A DNA stretch of 64,000 nucleotides from an uncultured Nitrospiraceae bacterium (GTDB lineage: Bacteria > Nitrospirota > Thermodesulfovibrionia > Thermodesulfovibrionales > UBA6898). This document shows positions 47,072 to 55,283 of the stretch, in pieces (the first letter of the stretch is position 1; each line of letters opens with the position of its first letter). A program made the position numbers and the translations under genes. The stretch covers positions 320,001-384,000 of the forward strand of contig CAWEQH010000001.1 of assembly GCA_963811165.1 (NCBI GenBank), read 5' to 3'. A model generated the notes under the pieces. It made no database searches and was not told where the DNA came from. It was given only the letters and a program-made list of their open reading frames with translations.

Positions 47072-47240
47072 GGCTGGGAGAGCGCCATTCTGTTTTGATA
47101 AGATGCTAAGAGAGGCTTAGCAAGGAGGGATAGAGTGGCGGGATACAAGGCATACAACTATTCGCAGGGGAAATTCATCCCGCTACAGTTCGACAAGCAG
47201 ATACTTCCCGGGACATTTGAGCACACCCTTCACTATTTTT
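47072..47240 (+). mobile_element. Left end and 5' fragment of an IS1182-like transposase gene
   Basis: RBS AGGAGG, GTG 47135 reading AGYKAYNYSQGKFIPLQFDKQILPGTFEHTLHY, then similarity stops. Confidence 0.55.
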
Positions 47241-47289
47241 TAAAAATAGTTAATTTGACAATATTGTTCCGCTCGGTTAAGTTAAAGCT

Positions 47290-47568
47290 ATGATGTCCTA
47301 TGAAGGAAAGGAGAGAAGACATCGGCGGAAAATCTATGTCAGCGCCTTTGCCTACCGCTTGCCTTCCCGTTCTTCTGAAGTCTTTTTCGGCGTCACCTCA
47401 AACATAAGCGATTCCGGGATGTGCATCTATTCGGACGCTCGGCCGGATGAAGGTGAAAGCATGGAATTCAGAAGTGCCCTCCCTATCCCATACCCGAAGG
47501 CAACAGTAAAGTGGGTCAAGGACGATGTAGGCGGCATTTACAGGATGGGGCTCATGTTTGACGAGTAG
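47290..47568 (+). CDS. PilZ-domain protein
   Basis: ERRHRR and NISDSGMCI motifs, ATVKWV, MGLMF. Confidence 0.8.
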   Translation: MMSYEGKERRHRRKIYVSAFAYRLPSRSSEVFFGVTSNISDSGMCIYSDARPDEGESMEFRSALPIPYPKATVKWVKDDVGGIYRMGLMFDE

Positions 47569-47580
47569 GAACGGTTTCAC

Positions 47581-48108
47581 TCACCGAAGTATGTTCTTAA
47601 TATAGTCGCTGATCTTATCCGCCCCATCCTCAACCGATGTCCTTTCCGCGTCAATCACGATCTCAGGACTCACCGGTTCCTCATAAGGCGCGTTTACGCC
47701 TGGAACGGGCCAGCCTTTCTCCCCTTTTTTATATATGTCTTTTGGCGCGCCCCGGGTGTCTTGCCTCAGTATCTCCCTTCTCCTGCACTCTTCAATATCA
47801 CATTTCAGATAGACCTCGATATAACCGGGGATGACGGCCCGCGCAAGCCCACGCCATTTCCTTAAGTTGCCGGTTGCATCGATGATCACGTGATGACCGA
47901 GGCCCGTCAGCTCCTTTGCGACAAAGACAAGGCAGCGGTAAACGATATCGCGCTCTCCCTCTGAGTAAGAAGGCTCAGGGGTGAGGACCTTCCTTAGCTC
48001 ATCCATGCGGAGGATAATGAAATCGGGACACCTTTTTTTCAAGGAATCGGCGATACTGCTCTTTCCGCTTCCGGGAAGACCGGTTATCCAAACAGCAATC
48101 CCGCCCAT
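47581..48108 (-). CDS. cysC: Adenylyl-sulfate kinase family protein
   Basis: VWITGLPGSGKS, EVYLKC, PGVNAPYEEPVSPE. Confidence 0.8.
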   Translation of the reverse strand: MGGIAVWITGLPGSGKSSIADSLKKRCPDFIILRMDELRKVLTPEPSYSEGERDIVYRCLVFVAKELTGLGHHVIIDATGNLRKWRGLARAVIPGYIEVYLKCDIEECRRREILRQDTRGAPKDIYKKGEKGWPVPGVNAPYEEPVSPEIVIDAERTSVEDGADKISDYIKNILR

Positions 48109-48197
48109 AGTGAAAGCTTATCCCCAACTGCGTGCATTATCAAGGCAACACATTCTCTAAGGGCAATGACCTGCCTACTTAGCTCAAATCCGCTATG

Positions 48198-48319
48198 ACC
48201 TTGCGCGGGGACGCATTCGAACGGCTTCAGCGGGCCGTGTTGTCTCACCTCTTAAGGTGAGGCGGCCCGGTGCCTCGGAGCGAAGCGAGAATGAGTGAGG
48301 ATGCGTCCTCGCGCAAGGT
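48198..48319. repeat. Long intergenic inverted repeat with internal hairpins
   Basis: ACCTTGCGCGGGGACGCAT...ATGCGTCCTCGCGCAAGGT enclosing CTCACCT-CTTA-AGGTGAG and GAGCGAAGCGAG. Confidence 0.65.
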
Positions 48320-48349
48320 ATGAGTTTTTTGAAGGTTGCTGTTGCTATC

Positions 48350-49300
48350 TTAGGCGGAAAAACCGTTCTCTGCAGGGTGTAGGGAAAGTATCTCTTTTGC
48401 CGCCTCTATATCCGATTTTATCTGAGACACGAGGGCCTCGGCCCCCTTGAATTTTTTTTCCTCCCTGATCTTTCTTAGGAAGTAAAGCGAGATGTCCTCG
48501 CCGTAAATGTCCTCACTGAAATTGAAGACATGGACCTCGATGGCGAGTACTTTTTTATTGAAGGTGGGGCGCATGCCTATATTTGCGATCCCGTCGTAGA
48601 CCCGCTCCCGGACCACGAGCCTGACCGCATATACACCGTCTGAGGGGATGATGATGTGCTTCGAGGCTATGTTTGCCGTAGGGAAGCCGAGGCCCTTTCC
48701 CCTCCCGTCCCCCCTGACTACTATGCCGGTGATCGCATAGTTTCGTCCCAGGAGTTTTGCGGCATGTTCCACATCGCCGTCACGAAGCAGGGTACGGATT
48801 TTGGTGCTGCTTATCGCCTCACCGTCAACGGCTATCTGTTCGATCTCCCTTACCGTGAAGCCGTATTTTTCTCCGAGGGCCCTCAATTTTTGAATGTCCC
48901 CTTCCCTTCCCCTTCCGAAACGGTAATTGTACCCCACAAATATCTCCTTGGCCCCGAGGGTGTCGCACAGGATATCTCTTACAAAGTCCTCGGGAGACAT
49001 TGAGGAAAATTCGAGGGTGAAGGGTATTTTCACGAGGACGTCGATCCCGAGTCTCTCAAAGAGCCTGATCTTTTCCTCGTAGATGCTTATGAGGGGAGGG
49101 CATTTGTCGGGAGCGAGAATCTTAAGCGGGTGCGGCCTGAAGGTCACGACCATGCTTAATGCCCCCACTTCCCTTGCCCGCTGGATTATCATCCTCACCA
49201 GCTCCTGATGTCCCAGGTGGAGACCGTCGAAGTTCCCTAGCGTAAGAATGCTGTTGTCGAATTTCTTCTTTATGTTCTTAAGGTCGGTGATCAATATCAT
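48350..49300 (-). CDS. ribF: Riboflavin kinase/FAD synthetase
   Basis: LGNFDGLHLGH, ISSTKIR, GKGLGFPTAN, NIGMRPT, IEVH. Confidence 0.95.
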   Translation of the reverse strand: MILITDLKNIKKKFDNSILTLGNFDGLHLGHQELVRMIIQRAREVGALSMVVTFRPHPLKILAPDKCPPLISIYEEKIRLFERLGIDVLVKIPFTLEFSSMSPEDFVRDILCDTLGAKEIFVGYNYRFGRGREGDIQKLRALGEKYGFTVREIEQIAVDGEAISSTKIRTLLRDGDVEHAAKLLGRNYAITGIVVRGDGRGKGLGFPTANIASKHIIIPSDGVYAVRLVVRERVYDGIANIGMRPTFNKKVLAIEVHVFNFSEDIYGEDISLYFLRKIREEKKFKGAEALVSQIKSDIEAAKEILSLHPAENGFSA

Positions 49301-50060
49301 CCGGTAAGCTCCCAATCAGATTTCCCATTTCGCGGTAGATCTCGTTTCCGATCTCCATCCCCAGGTCGATAAATTCAGGCCCGAACCGCCGCCCCGTTTC
49401 TGTCCTGAAGGTCTCTTTTATCCTTCCGACGCCCTTCATCTTTTCGAGGAAATTGCGGTAAAGTGTATAGGCGGGTGTTCCCGAAGATTCCATGATGAGC
49501 CAAAGAGTGGTCGTGAAATTGTCAGGTCCCCACCGGAACTTGTCCGCATCATACAGCGAGTCGCTGACCAATTTCGCCTCTTCATCCTCTGAAGCAAGGA
49601 CTTCCTTGAAGGCCTCGTGATTCCTGATCGCGGCAGCTATGTAACGTTTATACCGGGCATCCAGATCAAAATCTTCGAGTATCTTTTCAGCCTCTTTGCC
49701 TCCTTTGCTAGTATGGTCTTCCTCGTTGCGCTTGATGTCGTGAAAAAGGCCTGCTATCTGCACGCAGAGCACAAGTTCTTCCCTCTTTTCCAGGAGCCCG
49801 CTCCCCAGGGCGCTTTCGATCTGCAGTATCGCTCCCGCCTCTATCGCCACCATCTCCCCGTGCTGAATGCCATGGGCGGGATGCAGCTTCGATTCGTCAA
49901 TGAAGGACCTGCACCTATGGATCACCCTGCTGCCGGAAAAGCTCCGGAGCGACCTCTTAAGTTCCTTCTTATGGGCACGGTAAAAGGAAGGGGGCCCGAT
50001 CTGCCGGGCGACGGCAGTTGCCTTCTCTTTTAACTTTGGATAAATAGGTTCCTTTAACAA
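49278..50060 (-). CDS. HD-domain protein
   Basis: HGIQH, GLFHDIKR, IRNHE, LYDADKFRWG; start estimated at TTG 50060. Confidence 0.75.
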   Translation of the reverse strand: MLKEPIYPKLKEKATAVARQIGPPSFYRAHKKELKRSLRSFSGSRVIHRCRSFIDESKLHPAHGIQHGEMVAIEAGAILQIESALGSGLLEKREELVLCVQIAGLFHDIKRNEEDHTSKGGKEAEKILEDFDLDARYKRYIAAAIRNHEAFKEVLASEDEEAKLVSDSLYDADKFRWGPDNFTTTLWLIMESSGTPAYTLYRNFLEKMKGVGRIKETFRTETGRRFGPEFIDLGMEIGNEIYREMGNLIGSLPDDIDHRP

Positions 50061-50165
50061 AATGATCCACAATCCCGAACTTTCATATAATATAATTATA
50101 ATCATTTTCGGGCGATGTTTTCTTTGTCCTTTATAAAAACGGCGGGAGGAGGCCAGCGTGGACCA

Positions 50166-52226
50166 ATGTTCGACAAGAAACTGAAACTTCACTCTCGGAT
50201 CCTCAACCACATCGCAGACGGTATCTGCTTCGTCGGCAGTGACAGAAAGGTCCTTTACTGGAATGAAGGGGCGGCTGCAATCACCGGTTTCTCTCCGGAA
50301 GATGTGGTCGGCGGGGACTGTTATACCGATCTGCTCGGTCATGAAGACGAAAAAGGCAATGCCCTCTGTGACCTTGGGTGTCCGTTGACGGCCGCCACGG
50401 AGAGCGGTCCCCTCAGGAGAAACCTCTTCCTAAGGGCCAAAGACGGCAGAAAGATCCTGGTAGAGGAGCACATCTCCTCTTTGTATGAGAGGGGAAAACT
50501 GGCCGGCGTGATCATCGCTTTCAGGGAGGTCTCGGCCTTCATGGGCCTTAGACCCTTTCAACTGCGGACACAAAAGATGGAACGCCTTATCCCGATCTGC
50601 GGATGGTGCAAGAAGATAAGGGGGGGGACCGGGACATGGGAGCAGCTGGAGGCCTTTCTGGCGGATGAGGGGTTCGGAGATTTTACCCACTCAATGTGCC
50701 CTGCATGCGCGGAAAAGATATTCACGAAGAAAATCTATATGGAGAACTACCAAAATATATGCAAGTCGATAAGCACGAGCCTTTCTTTGGAGGAAGTCCT
50801 GAAGCTCATCGTGACGAACGTGGTCAGGGTCATGAACGTGAAGGCAAGCCTCCTTAGGCTCCTGAACAAAGAGACCAACCGGCTCGAGCTCGCGGCCTAC
50901 CACGGCCTGAGTGCGAGTTATGCGAACAAGGGGCCCGTCGAATACGACGCGAGTATCGATGACGCCCTGGCAGGTAAGCCCGTGTCCATCTACGATATCA
51001 CGGCAGACGGGAACGCAAAGTACGGGAAAGAAGCTGAAAGAGAAGGCATACGGAGCATCCTCTCTATCCCGCTTAGGTTCAAGGACACAGTGATCGGTGT
51101 GCTGAGGATGTATACCGCCGAGCCTGTAGAATATTCAGATGAGGACCTCAAGTTCGTAGCCGCGATCGCCGAGCAGGCCGCCATCGCGATCATGAACGCC
51201 CGCATGTTCGAAACGTCCGTTTCAAGGGAGAGGGAATATCTGAACGTCTTTCAGACGGTGACGGATGCGGTGAGCGGGACGCTCAACGTAAGTGAGGTCC
51301 TCGACCTGATCGTCAAGAAGATCCCCGAGGTCCTTCACCTCAAGGGGGCAACGATCCGCCTCCTCAACGAGACCGGCACCGAACTGAAACTTGTTGCCGC
51401 CCATGGCCTCAGCGAGAAATACCTCAATAAGGGACCGGTCGACACCGAGGAGAATGTCAGGGCCGCCCTGAATGAAAACCCGGCAGCGATCAATGACGCC
51501 GCCACCGACCCGAGGATACGATACAAGAAAGAGGCCGAAGAGGAGGGCATAAAGAGCATGCTTACCCTCCCGATCGTTGCCCGGGGAAAGGTCATCGGCG
51601 TCCTGAGGCTTTTGACCGGATATCCGCGGAATTTTTCAGCCGAGGAGATAGATTTTGCGGCCTCCCTTGCCAAGCAATGCGGCGCTGCAATAGAGAACGC
51701 CCGGCTGTATGAAGGGCAGTACCGGGAGATACAGTACCTAAAGACGATACAGGAAGTCTCCAGGGCGATCAGTTCAACCCTGAACGTCAGGGAGGTCCTG
51801 GATATGATAGTCCAAAAAATACCCCGTATCATGAATACGAAGGCGGCGACGATCAGGCTCCTTGACGGTTCCGGGAAGAAACTCGAACTCGTCGCTTCCC
51901 ACGGCCTTAGCGAACGGTACCTGAACCGGGGACCCGTCGACGCCGAGGAGAGCATGTCACTCGCCCTTGAGGGAAGTCCGCTTGCCATTTATGACGCTAC
52001 GACAGACCCGAGGATCTTTTACCGTGACGCTGCAAGGGAAGAAGGAATAAAGAGCATGCTTGTGGTGCCTATCGTTGTGTTGGGAAGGGTCATCGGCATC
52101 ATGCGGCTCCTGACTGAGGAATATCGCTTGTTCCGGCAGGAGGAGATAGAGTTTGCGGTTGCCCTTGCCGAACAGGGCGGCATCGCCATTGAAAACGCCA
52201 GAATGTATGAGAAGACGAAAAAGTGA
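50166..52226 (+). CDS. PAS + CxxC/CxxC metal site + three GAF domains, no output domain
   Basis: YWNEGAAAITG PAS, IPICGWCKKIR...FTHSMCPAC, three GAF repeats each ending AIAIxNAR. Confidence 0.85.
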   Translation: MFDKKLKLHSRILNHIADGICFVGSDRKVLYWNEGAAAITGFSPEDVVGGDCYTDLLGHEDEKGNALCDLGCPLTAATESGPLRRNLFLRAKDGRKILVEEHISSLYERGKLAGVIIAFREVSAFMGLRPFQLRTQKMERLIPICGWCKKIRGGTGTWEQLEAFLADEGFGDFTHSMCPACAEKIFTKKIYMENYQNICKSISTSLSLEEVLKLIVTNVVRVMNVKASLLRLLNKETNRLELAAYHGLSASYANKGPVEYDASIDDALAGKPVSIYDITADGNAKYGKEAEREGIRSILSIPLRFKDTVIGVLRMYTAEPVEYSDEDLKFVAAIAEQAAIAIMNARMFETSVSREREYLNVFQTVTDAVSGTLNVSEVLDLIVKKIPEVLHLKGATIRLLNETGTELKLVAAHGLSEKYLNKGPVDTEENVRAALNENPAAINDAATDPRIRYKKEAEEEGIKSMLTLPIVARGKVIGVLRLLTGYPRNFSAEEIDFAASLAKQCGAAIENARLYEGQYREIQYLKTIQEVSRAISSTLNVREVLDMIVQKIPRIMNTKAATIRLLDGSGKKLELVASHGLSERYLNRGPVDAEESMSLALEGSPLAIYDATTDPRIFYRDAAREEGIKSMLVVPIVVLGRVIGIMRLLTEEYRLFRQEEIEFAVALAEQGGIAIENARMYEKTKK

Positions 52227-52272
52227 GAGCGGGCCGGGGTGCTGCTATTTGAGGTAGTGTTGACGAAGTCGA

Positions 52273-52602
52273 CTATTGGTTATCTTTATTGCCCAAGTAA
52301 TCGCCGAGCATCCCCCTGCTATGCTCGTCCTCGTGGCAATAGATACAGAGATTTTCCCAGTTGGAGCCATCCTGGGGATTATTTCTGTGGTTGCCGTCTT
52401 TGTGATGGACGGTCAAAAGATGCCGGTCTTTGTATTCAAACTCCCTGCCGCATTTCGCGCAGATGAGCCCGTGTATTTTAAGAGACTGCTCCCTGTAATC
52501 GTTTGGCGGAGCAGAAGCCTGCTTTAGTTCCCGCGCGATCTCTTCTGCGGATTTCCCGCTTCCGTGTATCTTCCTGAGATCACCGAGTCGTCTGCGCCTC
52601 AC
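52273..52602 (-). CDS. yajD: YajD-family HNH nuclease
   Basis: YREQSLK, CAKCGREF, LTVHHKDGNH.NNP.DGSNWENLCIYCHEDEH. Confidence 0.85.
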   Translation of the reverse strand: MRRRRLGDLRKIHGSGKSAEEIARELKQASAPPNDYREQSLKIHGLICAKCGREFEYKDRHLLTVHHKDGNHRNNPQDGSNWENLCIYCHEDEHSRGMLGDYLGNKDNQ

Positions 52603-52609
52603 GTATTCC

Positions 52610-52813
52610 TCACCGTCCCTGCTTTCTCCTTGCGGTAACGGTCTCCCCTCCTATCCCCCAATTGTCCGTCTCTACTTCCTCGATCACGACTACTGTAGTC
52701 TGGGGGTTCTTCCCCAAAACATCCGCCAGCAGCCGGGTCACTCCCTGAATAAGCGCTGCCTTTTTTTCCGGCGGCGCCCCGTCTTTTGTGATCTTGATAT
52801 TCACGTAAGGCAT
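52610..52813 (-). CDS. 4-oxalocrotonate tautomerase family protein
   Basis: Pro-1 start MPYVNIKI, NWGIGG. Confidence 0.85.
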   Translation of the reverse strand: MPYVNIKITKDGAPPEKKAALIQGVTRLLADVLGKNPQTTVVVIEEVETDNWGIGGETVTARRKQGR

Positions 52814-52839
52814 ACGCACCTCCCTAGAAATTCACCAGG

Positions 52840-53490
52840 TCACTTACAGTTTTTTGCCAGCTCCTCAAAGGAGCTGCGCCAGGACCCAGACAGGGCCGGG
52901 ACATCAAGGACCTTCCCGATGCCCTCGCAATTCTTCCTGTCATGATGATAGATGCTGTTTGCAAACGCTACGGATATTTTATGCCGGTCTCTCTCTTTGA
53001 GTATAAAGGGACTGTTTTTCTCCACCTTCCCTTCTTCTAAAACCCGGCAGTAAAATCCGGTGCGTCCTGAATCCACTACCAGCTTGACCATATCCGCCCT
53101 GCCGTATCGGGCCGCCAGGGTCGAGCAGGGTTGCCGGGGCTGGGAGACCTGGACAGTTGCCGTCCCCAGTTCAAAGATATCGCCGATGCAGACGTCCTCC
53201 TCAATAATACCCCTGGTGGTGAGGTTTTCGCCGAATGCGGCAACCGGCAATAGTATGCCGAGTACATCTTCCCAGTAAGGATAATGGTCGAACCCATAGA
53301 GACAGACCGCCTTGTCACGGCCGCCATGGTGCTTCATGTCCCCCACGCCGTCACCCTCGAATCCAAGGCCCCTCAGGCGTATCGGTCCGGGAACAGGGGT
53401 TTTGCACATACCGGTGAGTATCTCTTTGCCGGAAAATATTTCCTTCTTCGGCAGTCCGATATTAAGCGATTCAATCTTTACGTGTTTCAT
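52840..53490 (-). CDS. MOSC-domain protein (YiiM-like)
   Basis: HHGGRDKAV, FGENL, VSQPRQPC, TGFYCRVLEEG. Confidence 0.85.
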   Translation of the reverse strand: MKHVKIESLNIGLPKKEIFSGKEILTGMCKTPVPGPIRLRGLGFEGDGVGDMKHHGGRDKAVCLYGFDHYPYWEDVLGILLPVAAFGENLTTRGIIEEDVCIGDIFELGTATVQVSQPRQPCSTLAARYGRADMVKLVVDSGRTGFYCRVLEEGKVEKNSPFILKERDRHKISVAFANSIYHHDRKNCEGIGKVLDVPALSGSWRSSFEELAKNCK

Positions 53491-53565
53491 ATATCCATGG
53501 TAGGTGAAAGGACGGAAGTTATCAAGGGCAAGGGAGAAAAATAAATTTCCTTTCGGGGAGAAATA

Positions 53566-53591
53566 AAAAGGCCGTGTCGCCACGGCCTTTT
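53566..53591 (-). terminator. Intrinsic terminator after atpE (bidirectional form)
   Basis: AAAAGGCCGTG-TCGC-CACGGCCTTTT. Confidence 0.75.
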
Positions 53592-53609
53592 AGGAACTGA
53601 TGTCCGAAA

Positions 53610-53969
53610 CTAAACCTTGAAAGGATTCACAAAGAGCAGGATCAACGCCACGACAAGGGCGTAAATCGCGAGGGACTCGATCATGGCAAGACCGATGATC
53701 AGGGTCGTTGTGATCTTTCCGGATGCGCCGGGGTTTCTTGCGATACCCTCTGTGGCGCCCTTCAGGCCCATTCCCTGGCCGATACTTGCACCGAAGGCCG
53801 CAATCCCTATTGCGAGGCCGCAGGCGAGCGCCGCTACCCCGTAATACTTGAGTTTTGCGTCTCCCGGCGCAGCGACTGCTCCGGCTGCCGCCTCTTCTGC
53901 GAATACCACAGGTGCAAGCAGGACGACCAGTGACAATACCAGAAGAATTACTGAGATGGTTTTCTTCAT
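53610..53969 (-). CDS. atpE: ATP synthase F0 subunit c with signal-like N-terminal extension
   Basis: [20 protein letters not shown]. Confidence 0.95.
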   Translation of the reverse strand: MKKTISVILLVLSLVVLLAPVVFAEEAAAGAVAAPGDAKLKYYGVAALACGLAIGIAAFGASIGQGMGLKGATEGIARNPGASGKITTTLIIGLAMIESLAIYALVVALILLFVNPFKV

Positions 53970-54000
53970 GTTTCTTTCCTCCTTTCTCAAGGACTTTGGA

Positions 54001-54687
54001 TTAATGTGCCTCTTCTACGGCACCAGCAAGATAAAGCGCTGTCAAGAGGGTGAAGACAAACGCCTGGATTACACTTACGAGCACGCCCAGAATAAGTATT
54101 ATTACCGGAACGACCCAGGGTGAAAGGATCGCGAGCACGCCGATGATGTAATGCTTTGCGATCATATTGCCGAAAAGCCTGACCGATAGCGTCAGCGGCC
54201 TGGCGATGTGTCCGATGAATTCAATGACAAACATCAGGATCATAAGAGGAAGTGCAAATATCGAACGTATAGGGCCGAGGAAGTGCTTGATGTAACCAAA
54301 TCCATGGACGTATACGCCATAGACATGGGTGGCCAGAAAAACGGGTATCGCCATCGCGGCATTAGTGTTGATATTGCTTGTAGGCGACATAAAGCCGGGG
54401 ATCAGACCCATGAAATTGGAGACCAAGATAAAAAGAAAGAGCGTTCCCACCAGAGGGAAGAGGGGCCTTGCCCAGTGATGACCGATGTTTTCCTCAGCGA
54501 GGTTCAGGAGGGCTTCAATAATCGTTTCCACAACATTTTGCGCCCCGCTCGGTATGAGTTTAAGCGAGCTCCTCACGATTAATGCGAGCCCTATCAAAAG
54601 GAGGGAAGCGAGGAATGCGTAAGAGACATAATGCGGGACCACTTCGGGATTGAAGAATATATCCATTAAAAGTTTTTCTTCGTGCAT
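54001..54687 (-). CDS. atpB: ATP synthase F0 subunit a
   Basis: [29 protein letters not shown]. Confidence 0.95.
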   Translation of the reverse strand: MHEEKLLMDIFFNPEVVPHYVSYAFLASLLLIGLALIVRSSLKLIPSGAQNVVETIIEALLNLAEENIGHHWARPLFPLVGTLFLFILVSNFMGLIPGFMSPTSNINTNAAMAIPVFLATHVYGVYVHGFGYIKHFLGPIRSIFALPLMILMFVIEFIGHIARPLTLSVRLFGNMIAKHYIIGVLAILSPWVVPVIILILGVLVSVIQAFVFTLLTALYLAGAVEEAH

Positions 54688-54851
54688 AAGGTGCCTCCTT
54701 CTTGAAAAATCCGTGTAATGTTACAAAAGGCAAGCGGTAAATGTCAACACCAAAGATAAAAAAACTTGCTTTTTCTAATTTGATAATGTATTAATAATTA
54801 AAATTAATATGCGGATTGGATAAAACTAATTATAATATGGCAAGAGGAACA

Positions 54852-55271
54852 ATGAGAAGAGACCTGAGCGAAGAAGAAAAAAAGGAGATGCCGCTTTACC
54901 CGATCGGAATCGTTGCGGAACTGATCGGCACCACTGACCAGACCCTGAGACTTTATGAAAAGCACGGACTCATTAAACCTGCAAGGAGGAACAAAAACAG
55001 GTTTTACTCCGAAAACGACATAAAGTGGCTGAGGTGTTTGAGGGAACTTATCCATCACAAGAAGATCAGCATCGAGGGAATAAAAAAACTTCTCGACTAC
55101 GCTCCGTGCTGGGAAATAACGGCCTGCACCGACGACAGAAAGAACAAATGCTCGGCCTATATAGACAGGACAAAGCCCTGCTGGGAGCTTAACCGGATGA
55201 TCTGTAATACCCAATCCGGCCGGATCTGCGAGGACTGCATCGTCTATATCTCCAAGAAGGCCGCTAAGTAA
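54852..55271 (+). CDS. MerR/HspR-family regulator with Cys-rich C-terminal domain
   Basis: LYPIGIVAEL...TLRLYEKHGLIKP; CWE...C...CSAY...CWE...C...CEDCIVY. Confidence 0.85.
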   Translation: MRRDLSEEEKKEMPLYPIGIVAELIGTTDQTLRLYEKHGLIKPARRNKNRFYSENDIKWLRCLRELIHHKKISIEGIKKLLDYAPCWEITACTDDRKNKCSAYIDRTKPCWELNRMICNTQSGRICEDCIVYISKKAAK

Positions 55272-55283
55272 GAAGTTCCCGCG

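Noticed and set aside
53610..53969. N-terminal extension on ATP synthase subunit c as a novelty
   Set aside because: Signal-like extensions on subunit c are already known in several anaerobic lineages
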